Shown: in pieces, positions 38,429 to 51,700 of the stretch
How the letters are laid out: every line of letters begins with the position of its first letter
How positions within the stretch are numbered: position 1 is the stretch's first letter
Origin: the human T2T-CHM13v2.0 reference genome, Homo sapiens
Length of the DNA stretch: 64,000 nucleotides
Direction: 5' to 3' (one strand)
NCBI RefSeq assembly: GCF_009914755.1
Contig: NC_060948.1
Program-made: the position numbers and the translations under genes
Notes under the pieces: generated by a model
The model's database searches: none
Seen by the model: only the letters and a program-made list of their open reading frames with translations
Told to the model about the DNA's origin: nothing

Positions 38429-38914
38429 TATCAGACTTAATTGGTTATATGAATGGAAGCACTTTCAACCTCATACTTTTGGGAAGTGAAGTGTATAAAA
38501 CAAAACAGCAGCATAACATTTCAGACAGGGGATTGCTTAAAGGTTTAATAAATCATCAAATGGTAAAAATAAAAAGATTTGGACTTAAATAACTAAACCA
38601 ATTAATTTTTCTGATTATACATTGTACAACCTAAAGAAATGAAATACATGAAGTTCCAGAAGTTTTACAATCCATAATTCTTACAATTAACAGACTAATC
38701 TGCAATGAGGAAATATTTTCTTGATAAAATTTTGACAACATCTTCAATTTCTATAGGTAAGGGTGCAAATAATTTTAAAGGGAGAAGTTACCAACTTGGA
38801 TTTTCAAGTGAGTTATTTGTGTTATGAAGTTGTGTTTTCATTCACCTACAATGTAGGATTGTGAGGATGAAGTGAAAAAATAAAACTCCCTAGTCTTATG
38901 TATCTTACTGCCCA

Positions 38915-39235
38915 TGTGTGACGGCTCAGGTTTTGAATTCCAGCACTTTGAGGCAAAGGCTTGCTGATCACTTTAGGTCGGGAGTTCCAGACCAGCCTGG
39001 CCAATACCATGAAACCCCATCTCTAGCAAAAATATGAAAATTTGCTGGGCATGGTGGTGCACACCTGTAGTATGTTACAGTTAATTGGGGGGCTCAGGCA
39101 GGAGAATTATTTGAACCTGGGAGCCTGAGGCTGCAGTGAGCCAATATTGCACCATGTACTCTAGCCTGGGTGACAGAGCGAGACTCCAAATCAAAAATAA
39201 TTATATAAATCTACAAATATGTAAATAATAAATAA
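38915..39235 (+). mobile_element. Alu (diverged AluS)
   Basis: cagcactttgagg...ggagttccagaccagcctggccaa...gcctgggtgacagagcgagactcc. Confidence 0.85.
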
Positions 39236-39269
39236 GGTATCCTTCATTTCAAGCATTTATTCTTTGTTT

Positions 39270-39575
39270 TTTCTTTTTTAGACACAGGGTCTCCCTCTGT
39301 TGTCCAGCCTGGACTGCAGTGGCACCGTCAAGGCTCACTGCAGCCTCGAACTCCTTGGGTTCAAATGCACAAGCCTTCCATTTCAGCCTCCCAAGTAGCT
39401 GGAATTACAGACACACACCAACCACCGTGCCCAGCTTTTGTGTTTGTGTGTGTGTGGTAGGGACAATGCTTTGGATATATTGTTCAGGCTGGTCTCAAAC
39501 TCCCAGACCGAAATAATCCTCCTTCCCTGGCTTCCCAAAGTGTTGTGATTATAGCCGTGAGCCACTGAGTCTGGC
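39270..39575 (-). mobile_element. Alu (AluJ-like), tail-to-tail with the previous Alu
   Basis: gacacagggtctccctctgttgtccagcctggactgcagtggc...cactgcagcctcgaactcc. Confidence 0.85.
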
Positions 39576-39654
39576 ATATCTTTTCTCATTATGAGCGACA
39601 TTCCACCTCACTGAGTCTGGCGTATCTTTTCTTGGTATCAGCGACATTCCACCT
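39563..39654. repeat. 2x46-bp imperfect tandem duplication
   Basis: cactgagtctggc(a/g)tatcttttct...agcgacattccacct twice. Confidence 0.85.
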
Positions 39655-40422
39655 TCGCTCTATTAATTATTTTGAGATGTACAATAAATCATTATTAAGT
39701 GTAGTCATCCTGTGCCACTGAACACTAGATATTATTCCTTCTAAGCAAGTATAATTTAACCCACCCCCATCCCCTCTTTGATCCCTCGCTTACCAGTTCA
39801 CATTACTTGTATCAAAATATCACATGTATGCCAAAAATACCTACAACTTTTACGTACAAATTTTTTAAATAAGTAAAAATTAATAAAAAAGGGTATCTCC
39901 AACAAAGTGATAAAATAGGAGGCTCTAATTTGTTCCTCCATCCACAAATGCAACAAATAAAGAGCCACACCCACATCAATTCCCTATGAGATAAACTTAC
40001 AAACAAGTTGGGATACTCTTGCATGTAGGGTTATGAAAATACTTACTTAAAAAAAGGTAAGAAAAACTGAATCATGATCTTTTTCTAGCGTTTATCTCTG
40101 ACACATTGCCCTAGAATCAATAGGGAACTGTTATTTCACAGCTTCTCTCAGAGAACTGAAGTATTAATCCACATATGTAAAGCCCCAGCTGTTAACAGCT
40201 GCTTCTCAATGAAATGATTCCTCACTTGCCTATCTCTGGATTCTAACACAGACTGGCATTCATAACTCTCCTAGGACCTCCAAGATAAAAGAGGGATTTA
40301 AATAGACATTCAAGCACTTCTGAAACTGTTTCCTCCTGGCTTACTGGATGTCAAGCAGTCAAGAAAGCTCAGCTCCCACTTTGTACCTCAAAGAACTTCT
40401 ATTGTACATCTAACGTCTTGAC

Positions 40423-40690
40423 TTTTTTTTTTCTTTTGAGATGGAGTCTTGCTCTATTGCCCAGGCTGGAGTGCAATGGCACGATCTCGCCTCACTGCAA
40501 CCTCTGCCTCCCAAGTAGCTGGGATTACAGGTGGCTGCCACCATGCCAGGCTAACTTTTGTATTTCTTAGTAGAGACAAGTTTTTGCCATGTTGGTCAGG
40601 CTGGTCTCAAACTCCTGACCTCAGGTGATCCACCCACCTTGGCCTCCCAAAATGCTGGGATTACAGGCGTGACCCACCACATCCAGCCAT
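40423..40690 (-). mobile_element. AluS with a small internal deletion
   Basis: gagatggagtcttgctctattgcccaggctggagtgc...cctctgcctcccaagtagctggg; the segment between the two gcctcc motifs is missing. Confidence 0.88.
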
Positions 40691-41024
40691 GTCTTGACTT
40701 TTATAGCTTCTGCCCAGGTATCTTGCTTCTAACCCTCCTGACTTTTGTATCTGTCAGGGTCCTCTGAGAGCAGGCACGTAGGCATTTCTCATCAGTCTTC
40801 ATCATCACTCACTCTAGCAATATACTGAGCTTCTAAATTTTCCTTCCAAGAAGTCAAACTACCCAACTATTGCCCTGACTTCTCAGGGTGATGACTAAGA
40901 TTTTGAATACCATCTTGCCAATCTCGGGAAGCTAATGAATCCCAGCTTTTTGTAATCTCGAGATTCTAAAGAGGAAAAAGGATTGTTTTGTGAAAACTCA
41001 GCATGATTTTTAAACTTCCCTATT

Positions 41025-41458
41025 CATATAGTTTGAACATTTGTCCCTCCAAGCCTCAGGTTGAAATGTGGTCCTCCACACTGTAAATGGCACCTAGTGT
41101 GAGCTGTTTGTTTGTGTCATGGGGATGGATGCCTCATAAATGGCTTGGTGCCCTCGCCATGGTTAATAAGTGAGTTTTCCGCTCTATTAGTTCCCACAAT
41201 GCAGCTTACATCCAAATAGGTTGTTGAGAAGTGCCTGATTACCTTCTCCCCTTCTCTCTCTTGCTCTCTCCACATGTGACATGGCTTATTTCCTTTTACC
41301 TTCTGTCATGAGTGGAAGCCTCCTGAGGTTCTCGTCAGATGCAGATGCTGGCACCACAGATCTTTTACAGCCTGCAGAACCAGGAGCCAATGAAAGATCT
41401 TTTCTTTATAAATTTTCCAGTCTCATATTCTTTTATAGGAACACAAAGAGACTAAGAC
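41025..41458 (+). mobile_element. MaLR solo LTR (MST-like)
   Basis: tagtttgaacatttgtccctccaagcctcaggttgaaatgtg...gcagatgctggcacc...cagcctgcagaacc...tttctttataaattttccagtctc...gactaagac. Confidence 0.8.
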
Positions 41459-41679
41459 GTGTATCTCTGGCTGGTAACTTGCCTATATCAGTAAGCAGTG
41501 GAGATCAGCATTCACTATTTCTTGTGTTCCATACGGGACAAAGAGGTGGTTTTCAGAGGTCCCATGAGCTCTTCCTTATACCCAACCCTTGGATTGCTCT
41601 ACCTTTCAGCTTCTCCATGGAAGCACCCAACCTTTTAAACTCCTCCCTTAGGAACAGTATTTTGTTGTTGTTTTCATTT

Positions 41680-41995
41680 TTATTTATTTGTTTGTTTATT
41701 GAGATTGAGTCTCACTGTGTCACCTAGGTCGGAGTGTAGTGACATGATCTCAGCTCACTTCAACCTCCACCTCCTGGGTTCAAGAGATACTCCTGCCTCA
41801 ACCTTCTGAGTAGTAGCTGGGACAACAGGCACATGGCACCAGGCCTGGCTAATTTTTGTTTTGTTTTGTATGTTTAGTAGAGAGGGGATTTCACCTTGTT
41901 AGCCAGGATGGTCTTGACCTCCTGACCTCATGATATGCCTGCTTCGGCCTCCCAAAATGCTGGGGTTACAGGTCTGCGCTACTGTGCTCAGCCTG
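41680..41995 (-). mobile_element. AluS
   Basis: gagattgagtctcactgtgtcacctagg...ggatggtcttgacctcctgacctcatg. Confidence 0.88.
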
Positions 41996-43799
41996 GACCA
42001 GACTTTTAACTTGCCTGTTTCTAGGGTCTGATGCGACAGAACAGGCATTCTGTGACTCTACTAATTCCCACCCTCTCTGCAAAAAACCTCAACTCACAAC
42101 TATCCTTAGATACGGACACCTGAGTGAATGATTCTATAGCTTGGGATTGGATCTCTGACACATTTTTTTGACTGTAGAACTGAGAATAGCCACACAGATA
42201 GGATAAAAGAACAGTTTTAATTTGATGCTTTTTCTCCTCCCCAAGCCAGCACAATGTTGCATACAAAAAATTCCCCTGAACTCAAGTTTCTTCACAGAGG
42301 AGAGCGTTGAAGATGTACATTCTGTCCTTTCTTTTCCATTTTGCAATTCGTCACATGAAGTTCTCTCTAGTCTTACCCTGTGGGAAACAGTGGGGGTATC
42401 GGACAATGGCGGTCAATTAGAAACAAAGTACATGGATGGGGCTCACAGTGACCATAACAGTAATCTTACTCATGGCTTTGCATTCCAGCCAGCAGAGTTG
42501 CACCATCAGAAAAACTAGGCAACAGCATCATTCTGCAGCAACCAAACATGGTTAATGGGTCTGCCAGGCTCAAATCACTGGCCAACTGCCAAATCCCACC
42601 CTGGTTTTCTCTGCAAAACTTCCAAGGCTGTGACAAAGAGGCAGCTTGGTGATTATCCACGGAAGGGTCATGTGACCCCACCCATTCCCAGCTGCCATAC
42701 TTTTGACCATCCTAGCCCTGTGTGCTCCACCCATCCCCAGGCTGAAAAGCAGAGGCAATTTAGTGGTTAAGGATGAAGTTTCTGGCCCTACCTGGACCCA
42801 GTGGGCAAGTAGCTTATATGATAAGTCTTGGTACCCCTGGAAGGAAGTTCACTTCTGATGTATCTAGTGGAAATCACCGGGGTGTTAGAATCCCTAGAGC
42901 ACATGACTTTATTGAGAAACAGAATTCCAGTCTCGGCTCCAGCCCCTCCCACTGCTGTTGGGAAGCAACTACCCTGCTGGGGAAAGGGCCTGTCTGAGCT
43001 AATGAATGTAGGCTGTCCAGGCTCTGTCCAGCAGAAAATGGATCTAGACTCTCCAGCCTCTGTCCCCTATAGGGATGACCCACTCTCAGCTCTGGCCTTT
43101 CCACTTTAGTCAGGGAACTCTATAATCCTTGAGAAACTTTCTGGGCAATATGCAACTTTCTTAGGAGAGACCAGGCTCTAAATGATCTGTTCAACAGCGG
43201 GTGTCAAGGGACCTGATTGTCAGCCCCAGGCCCTTCTGCGGCAGGCAGAAAATTAGCTCAACCGTGCAGAGACCTTCCAGTAACCATCACAGCCAAAATT
43301 ACAGGCATTCCATTCTGTGTTCTGCAACAGAATCTAAGTGGACACAGTCTCAGCTTCAGCTTGTCCAATTTCAATTTCTGAAATGGAATCATTAGTAATA
43401 AATAACCTACAAGCCAAAAAAAAAAAAAAAAAAGCCCAGGAACCGATAGATTCCGGATGAATTCTACCAGATCTACAAAGAACTGCATCATATTCCATTG
43501 TGTGGGTGATCCCAGTTTGTTCAACTGGTTGTGTATGTATGCTTACACACACACACACAGGCACACACCTGTGTTTCATGTTCCCTCAAAAAGCTGCAGT
43601 GGAAATGCCAGGCCAGCCTCTGGTATCATCCGAAGGATCAGTGGGGAAGGACCCACGCCTTTGCTTGCATTACATTGTTGCCAGCAACCCTGTCCACAAT
43701 GGCATCTTTTCAGTGGTTTCTTACAGCTCTTTAGAGAATCTGCAATTATGTTTATTTGTATGGTTTACAATATATTCGTTAACCTTTATCTCTAAACTT

Positions 43800-43950
43800 G
43801 AGGCTGGGTACAATGGCTCAAGTCTGTAATATCAGTACTTTGAGAAGCTGATGTTGGAGGATGCTTTGAGCCCAAAAGTCTGAGACTACAGTGATGTATG
43901 ATTCAGCCCGGTGACAGAGCAAGACCCTGCCTCTAAGTAAATAAATAAGA
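43800..43950 (+). mobile_element. Partial Alu/FLAM
   Basis: ggctgggtacaatggctcaagtctgtaat...gtgacagagcaagaccctgcctct plus an A-rich tail. Confidence 0.7.
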
Positions 43951-44564
43951 AAAATACAACTGATAGTAATATTTTTGTTTTACAGTTTGGAAACACAAAT
44001 TTCCTTGATCAAATAAATGAATATTTGATAGTCACTAACACAGGACATTTGCTTGTGTATGGGAACCAACGCAGGAAAGCAGTAGGATTAGATGCTCTTT
44101 CCCCGTAATCCCTGAACATGTATATACTGTGATGATGATAAGGGGTGAATTTGGATCAGGAAGTCTTTCTGCCAGAGCCATCAAAACTGTGGAAATAAAA
44201 CCCTCCACAAATCAGGAAACAAAACAGTTTTTACTGATAATAGTAACTATAAAATCTTTTGCAGATTTGGTTTCATTTTTAATTTAGTGTAGATTAGGCA
44301 GCGTAACACAGACTACCCTGCCCCTAATAGTATGCGATTTGATGACAAATGTCAATTAGACTTGGTTGTTGAAAACTACAAGAATCTTAGTTAACAGCGT
44401 AGTTACATGAATAATTTTGACAATATAAACCAGCTTATTTTAAACTTTCAGTTAGTCCACTAGACACCAAAATATTATTTTAAACATAGTTCAGAATTGA
44501 TGTGGATAATGGGCAAAATGGCAAGCTTCTATTTTTATTCATTTCCTTTGGTTTTATGCCTTTC

Positions 44565-44725
44565 ATTCTCTCCTTTCTCCCCTTCCTTCCTTCCTTCCTT
44601 CCTTTTTTCCTTCCTCCCTCTCTCCCTTCCTTCCTCCATCCCTCTGTCTCTGTTTCTTCCTCCCTCCCTCCCTCCCTCCCTTCCTTCCTTCCTTCTTATT
44701 TTTCTGTATCTCTGTTTCTCTCTTT
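44565..44725. repeat. (CCTT/CCCT)n pyrimidine tract
   Basis: ccttccttccttccttcctt...cctccctccctcccttcc. Confidence 0.9.
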
Positions 44726-44727
44726 GA

Positions 44728-45385
<658 letters not shown>

Positions 45386-48300
45386 ATATCTGTTTTAAAG
45401 CTCAGTTGATTAGCAATATTATCTTCCTGGAATGCTTTATGTTTACAAAACAACTATAGCATTATTATTTAGCCCCTTCGGATAAAATATGGTAGTACTC
45501 AAAACATACATACAGTCAGTGATCAAAAGATCAGTGTAGGCCAGGACCTAAAATGAAAGACGAGTTGCTGCAGTTGACTAGCATTAAAGCAGACCAGAGT
45601 TGACCCATACCCAGCCAGGAGATGTGAACAGAGGCTTTCAAAAAACTCCATCAGATACATGTTAGATTATTCTCCAGCCATAGCAAGGGGACATTAAAGA
45701 TCTGTTTGTGTTTAGAAGAGTCTCGATGGTTTGGCTTTTCCAGGGTATTAGCATTCGTGGCATTGGCCTTTAAAGCTCTCCGTAATTACTCAAATCAGTA
45801 GACAACTCAGTTTTTCTAGGAGTCTAAAGTGCTTTTCAAAATTATGTAAAACTTAATGGCTTAAAACAATAATTATAATTTACTAACTTCAGTCTCTGCA
45901 GTCTTCCACAGTCTCTCAGCCAAATGATTGTGGTTCAGGGGCACTCAGGAGGATGCAATCTAATGATGGCTCAGGACGGTGACATTGTCAGGTGTCTTCT
46001 CATCTCCCTGGTGCCATGGCTAGCATAACTCAAATAGTGGGGCTGGACTGCTGAGATTCTCGGGCATCTCATTCTATTTCTATGAGTCTCTCCATGGGAT
46101 GTCCCTTCTGCATAGTGTTATCAGGGTGTTAGACTTCGTGATATACTCGTCAGGGGCTCCTGAGGAGTTTGGCCCCATGAGAGCAGGAGACTTAGGCAGA
46201 GCTGTGATACCTTTTCTAACCTAGGCCAGAAGTGGCCCAGTATCCAGAAAATGCTTGCACTGTTTTCTATTCATTAGAAGCAAGTGCTGTGTTCAGTCCC
46301 ATCAGGAATATTTTCAAATGGGTTTGCAGAGAATTTCAGTGTTTTCGACCAGTACAATGGCGATGCCTAATAATTACTTATTTTTATAAGTGCTGGATGG
46401 GTTTTACCAAGCATAATAGCAGATACAGACTTTTAAGCTTAAAACCTAGATGTCATAGCTCTGAACATTTGGTTGTATGTTGAAATAATTCTTACGGAAA
46501 AATTGACTTTGAAATGAGAGCTATAAATAAATAAAATAAATGAGATAAACTCATAAATATCTGCATGAAATGCTTATAAAGAGGTCAGCCTTAAAAATGT
46601 CATGAGGTCTAATGTGCCACTATTTTACTATTTCTATGGATATGACTTGGACAGGAGGACAAGGACTCAGGGGTCTGCTGGTCAGTCTCTGCAACTTGAA
46701 ACAGCGGCTGGGGCACCAGGAGTAACACTTCCAGCCAACACCATGTAGTGAGGACAAGGAGTCCATCTGGGTTAAGGAGGGTGTCAGCATAATGTGACCT
46801 GAAGGAGAGGTACACCTTCTACAACCAGGATCAAGTTCTCTGGCATTGAAATCCGCCATGCCCAGCTGTGGCAGAGTGAATTGCTCAGCTGGTGCTGGGT
46901 TTCTAGGTGTGTTCGGGAAGCAGCTCCCTGGGCTGGGAAGGATCCCCTCATTCCCTTGCCATGTGGGAGGGTGAGGTTTGTGGCCTCTGCTCTGTCTGTT
47001 CCAGCTCTTTCCCTTCCCATTATCCTGCTGCTGGGAAAGATGGCAGGACCCTGGAATGGAGAAGGGCCCTGGGTTGTTGACAGTGCCTGTGGGTGGTCAT
47101 GTACTAGGAGGAGAGTCCTCACTGAGCCTCCTGTGAGCTTGGAGGCTGGGAAGGAACACTTATGGGGCACTGGCTGTTCCAGAGTCCAGGGGCCTGTCCC
47201 GGAGAAGCCTGGGGGGAAGTCGTTAAGCCTGTGGTTCTGCAATCTAGGTGGAAGAGCTGTATCTGCCATGGCTGACATCATCAGGGCAAGACACCCACTG
47301 GGTGGAGAGCTGGACTTATGCATTTTTATCCCTGTCCTGAAGGGACCCTGCATGCCTGCCTCTCCGGGGACCAGTCATCCTGGGGACCCCCTCTCTGGGA
47401 CCACTCATGACCATAAGCTTAGGCTCTTGTGTGCCTTGCTTCCTGTCTGCCCAGGTGAGGCAACCTGGAGAGGATATGCGGGGCGAAGCTCATGTGCACA
47501 CGTGCAGCACTGGAACGGGGTGTCACCAGCCAGTTAGGCCGCTGCTCACCAGGCCCTCTCCTGAGCTCCCACCTGGCTAAGTGGTAAGTGTCCCATCTAC
47601 ATGACCCTGCAGCCCAGGGTTTCTCCTCCACCTACCAACCCTCTTGGGGAGAATGCCATCTTCCCTGGAGACTCAGGACCTGCTGGACCCACATGCTGTC
47701 CTCCTCTCTCATGGGCTGGACACTGTCTAGTGCACAGGGATTCCTGGATAGCGAATCCCAAAACCCCACGGGTTCCATTGCTTCTTCCCTGAATGCCTGC
47801 CTTCCCCAACCGAACACACAGGAAGACCCAGCTGCTAGGTTTTATTTCCCGCCAGGTGTCATTTCAGGTCCATGACATCTCCTATAGGTAGCTCGCACCA
47901 GGCACCCATTTCCTCCTACTACCTCTGCCATTTGTGAAAACCATGAGGACTCTTCCTGTCTCCCAAAAGGGCAGGCTTCACAGGTCCTGAAGTTGGACTG
48001 CCAAACCCCGCAGTGCCCTGCTTGCCAGCTCAAGAGCTGAGTTTGAGGCACACATGTGGGCAGGAGTGTGGCCCCCCCCAAATCAAGGTACACAAAGGTA
48101 CACAGGCACAAGTGTGCACATGCGTGCACAGCTCAGACACGGAGGCTAGAACATACCCACCCTCATACTGGTATGATTGAAACTGGGTGACTACACCAAT
48201 ACTAATGTGGACCTTAATGCTCAGCCACATTCCTTCGCTACACACACAGAGAAGGTTCCCTGCCATTTAACTGATCATCTACAATGGTATTTACTTTTAC

Positions 48301-48469
48301 TTTCATACTTTTTTTTAACTTACCAAAGTATGTTGCATTCTTTCCCCCGTCATGAAAGACTTTGATACAAGTAAGGAGGAAGGGCACTTTTTATAATAAA
48401 ATCCTGTATCTGCATCTGTATTATTAAGGCATTTAAAAAACTTTATGTCTATTTTTTAATGTCATAGGA

Positions 48470-51235
48470 AATGTCTCAGGGGCCGGGGAAACATGAGTGA
48501 GGATGGCAGAGGGGAGAAAGCATGTCAGGGGAGACTGGGGTCATTGAACCAAAACATGACACGACTGGGATAGCCATTCTAGAAGGACACAGACCTAGAC
48601 ACGCCTCAAGTGCACCTCTCTGTGGCAGGTAAGAGGGCCCTAGTGGAGGCCAAACTGAGCCCCAGGTGGTAGCAGGCCTCAAGGCGTGGAAGGGAGCCAG
48701 AGAAGGATGATGCGGCAGCTATCCATTGAGATTGCTTCTCACCCATTGACCTTTGCCACTTCTGTGTCTTAGGTGACTTTGGGTGCCCCAGTTCTGAAAT
48801 ATGAGTGTTACAGTTCCCTGATGGGCTTTTCTCCCTCAGCCCAGGGATGGCCTGGGATTTCTCAGTGCAGGCTCCTCCCCGAGCCTTGAGTTCTCCATGT
48901 GTGTCCCAGCTCCAGGACCCACAGGCCTCTGAGCCCCCAGCCCTGGGTTGCTTACCTGGTTTCCTCTCTGTTTCCTCTCTGAGGGCCTAACTCCTTCCGG
49001 TAGTGCTGCAGGGGGATTGAGACAGAGGCCCTGAATGATGATCTGGGGGACTGAGAAAAGGGATCCGTGACTGGTCAGGTCATGGTTCAAAGCCAGTTCC
49101 CCAGATGCCAAGGAAAGACCAGCAAGGTCCTTTCCCATGACACCCCTCAGCGGTGCCCACCTCAGCAATCCTGGCTGACCTTTAGTGGTCACGGTCAGCC
49201 AACCAGCGGAAGAAGCTCAGTTAGGCTGTGTCCTGCCTGAAGCTGGGGTCTTCTGCTGCATGACTCTAGAAACACTGGACTACAGTAGAGACAGATGCCA
49301 TGTATCCTGGAGCAAGAAGATTTGGGTAGGCTCATGCCAGGCCTAGCCTCCCACACTCCACCCGCTCTATCATTCCGGGAGGCACTCCTTACCGAGGATG
49401 CCAACACGATATTCCTTAAAGATCACTTCATTGTGGAAATAAAGACTGTGACAAAAGGAACACTTCATCCTGCCACCAGTACCCTGGATGGCTGAGTTCC
49501 TCCACCTGCTACACCAAGAAGAAGAGGACAGACTCAAAGGATCCATTTCATCTAGTTGGGCTGAGGGCCTGCTGGCTAGGGTGAAGCATGCGTTTTCCCT
49601 TCCCAGCTCTCCCACTGAGACACCCCCAGACCCCAAGAGGACCTCAACCTGACCAGGACCCTCGATCCCTCCCCCAGACCCAGGCACCCTAGCCTGATTT
49701 GCAAATCCATCCTGTAGCTTACTTAGCAGGACTTCCTCATGGTTTCTGAAACCTGCCGACATCTGGGTGTGCGGCACAATCTGCCTCTGGTCAAGGAGCC
49801 TCCAGATGACTGGGTGGGTGTGCCAGGAAACACCCTGCAACTTTGCAAGAGCTGGGAGACTGTTGGGCAGGGCTATCCCCCAGACCTTTGGCCTGGCACT
49901 TTGCATTGGTGATCCTGTCTCTGTCCAGCATGAGGGGCACGGTAACGGATATGGTGGTCTTGTGGGCAAGTGGAGGGAGGCCCAGAAAGACTCTGCCAAC
50001 AAGGAGTGGGGAGCACAAGTTGGCAGGGTTTGGGTGTGGGGTGCTGTGGTGTGAGGCAGTTGTTTCCTCAGAGTTCCTGAGCTGCACATGGCCCTTGTGC
50101 ACTGGGTGCTAGATAGGCTCTGCTGAGGGTGTCAAGGTGTGTGGTACCCTCTTCTGTTCTCCCTGAGGGGTGGGTGTGTCCACTTGAGGGAACCGGTGTG
50201 GGTAGAAAGGACTGCAGGGCTGTACCTGGTGCTCCCCGTGGGGCTCATGTGTGTGCAACGGAGGCATGTGTGCAAAGGAGGATATATATGCTCAGGGCCC
50301 GCAGCTCTTTGGGTGCAACACAGGCAGAGGGAAGAAAGACTGTCTGGGTACCTGGTGCCTGCCTTGCAGAGGACAGCAGCCCCGTGCACCATGAACCCGA
50401 GTCTTGAGTACCTTGTGTTTCTGGTGTGAGGCCTCTGGACACACACACATGGGGAGTGGGTGTGGTTCGATGGCTGGTATGAGCATGCAGACTCCCTTTC
50501 CTCCAAGGACTTTCCCAGGGAAACGTGCCCTTCAACTTTCTGCTGTGAGTGAAGGGTCCTTGACACCCCTATTTTCTCTTGTGAGTGCTGAGCTTGGCTC
50601 CCAGTCCCTATCACATGCTCTCAGGTCACCCTCAAGCAAGCTGCCCTACTATCTGCAGTATCCTTGCCTCAGCTCCCCTCGCTGTCTCCCATCCCCTGCC
50701 TCCTGGCTGACCCTGTGTGCCCCTGGCCTGGCTCCGTTGCTCCCCGCCCCCGGAAGCCCGACTCCCACCTCCTGCTGCCAGTCATCCCGAATGGGCAGTT
50801 ACAAAGATATGGCTCTGGCCTAGAAGCCGGAGATGCCCTGGATGATGGCCCCTGTGCCCTCCAGGCCAGGCAGACACTTCTGACAAAGCTTCTGCCTCAG
50901 CCATGGGCAGGGCATGTGGCCTGGGGCATTCACGGAGCCCAGCTCCCTGTGAAGGACCTCCAGCGACTCTGTGGCCGGCTGGGGCATGCTGGGGCCAGGG
51001 CCAGGCTGTGTTCACTGGTCCTCCACCTGCCGCTCCATGTCGGCTTTCTCCTCAACCACCACCTAGACCACCGCCGTGACGTCGTCCACCACCAGCACCT
51101 TCTCCTCCTACAGGGGCACCTCCACACTCCGTGCCCTGGCTGCCCTCTCCTGCAGAGCCTCCAATTTCAACAGGGTGCCTCCTTTGGAGGTCCCATTGCC
51201 TACAGCCTGCACTGTCACCTTCACGTCTGGATAGG
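48470..51235 (-). pseudogene. TSPY: TSPY-like multi-exon pseudogene, copy 2 (possibly TSPY21P)
   Basis: Colinear homology with copy 1 in exons and introns; peptides KVLVVDDVTAVV, PGPGPSMPQPATESLEV, HTQMSAGFRNHEEVLLS, YFHNEVIFKEYRVGILG, IIIQGLCLNP; multiple stops. Confidence 0.85.
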
Positions 51236-51470
51236 TATATCCTTAAAATATACGTAAAGAAAAATAACTTAAAAGTGTTCCTGTTTCTCCACATCCTCTC
51301 CAACATCTGTTGTTTCCTGACTTTTTAATGGTCGCCATTCTAACTGGCATGAGATGGTATCTCATTGCGGTTGCAGGGCCATGGATGAAGCTGGAAACCA
51401 TCATACTAAGCAAACTATCACAAGGACAGAAAAACAAACACCACATCTTCTTACTCATAAGTGGGAGTTG
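50664..51470 (+). other. PRORY-like antisense ORF on TSPY-like exon 1, with a potential L1-derived terminal exon (51377-51470)
   Basis: 197-aa ORF containing KLLPQPWAGHVAWGIHG and HLLLLQGHLHTPCPGCPLLQSLQF; downstream ttgcag| then [17 protein letters not shown]...ISGS*. Similar but not identical to my recollection of PRORY. Confidence 0.45.
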
Positions 51471-51700
51471 AACAATGAGAACACATGGACACAGGTGGGG
51501 GAATATCACACATCTGCCCAGTTGGGGGGTGGGGGACTAGGGGAAGGATAGCATTAGGATAAATACCTAATGTCAATGACGAGTTGATCAGTGCAGCAAA
51601 CCAACATGGCGCATGTATCCCTATGTAACAAACCTGCACGTTCTGCACATGTACCCTAGAACTTAAAGTATAATTTTAAAAAATGAAAAAAAACTGAAAA
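51271..51700 (+). mobile_element. 5'-inverted (twin-primed) L1PA insertion
   Basis: 51271-51370 is antisense L1 ORF2 sequence (ttcctgtttctccacatcctctccaacatctgttgtttcctgac); 51371-51690 is the sense L1 3' end finishing tgtaccctagaacttaaagtataat plus an A-rich tail. Confidence 0.85.

Noticed and set aside
41281-41727. 148-aa ORF
   Set aside because: It spans a MaLR LTR, unique DNA and an Alu tail, with no coding signature.
49370-50089. 239-aa minus-strand ORF
   Set aside because: It is a chance read-through of GC-rich TSPY-like introns joining pieces of exons 2 and 3, with a non-ATG start.
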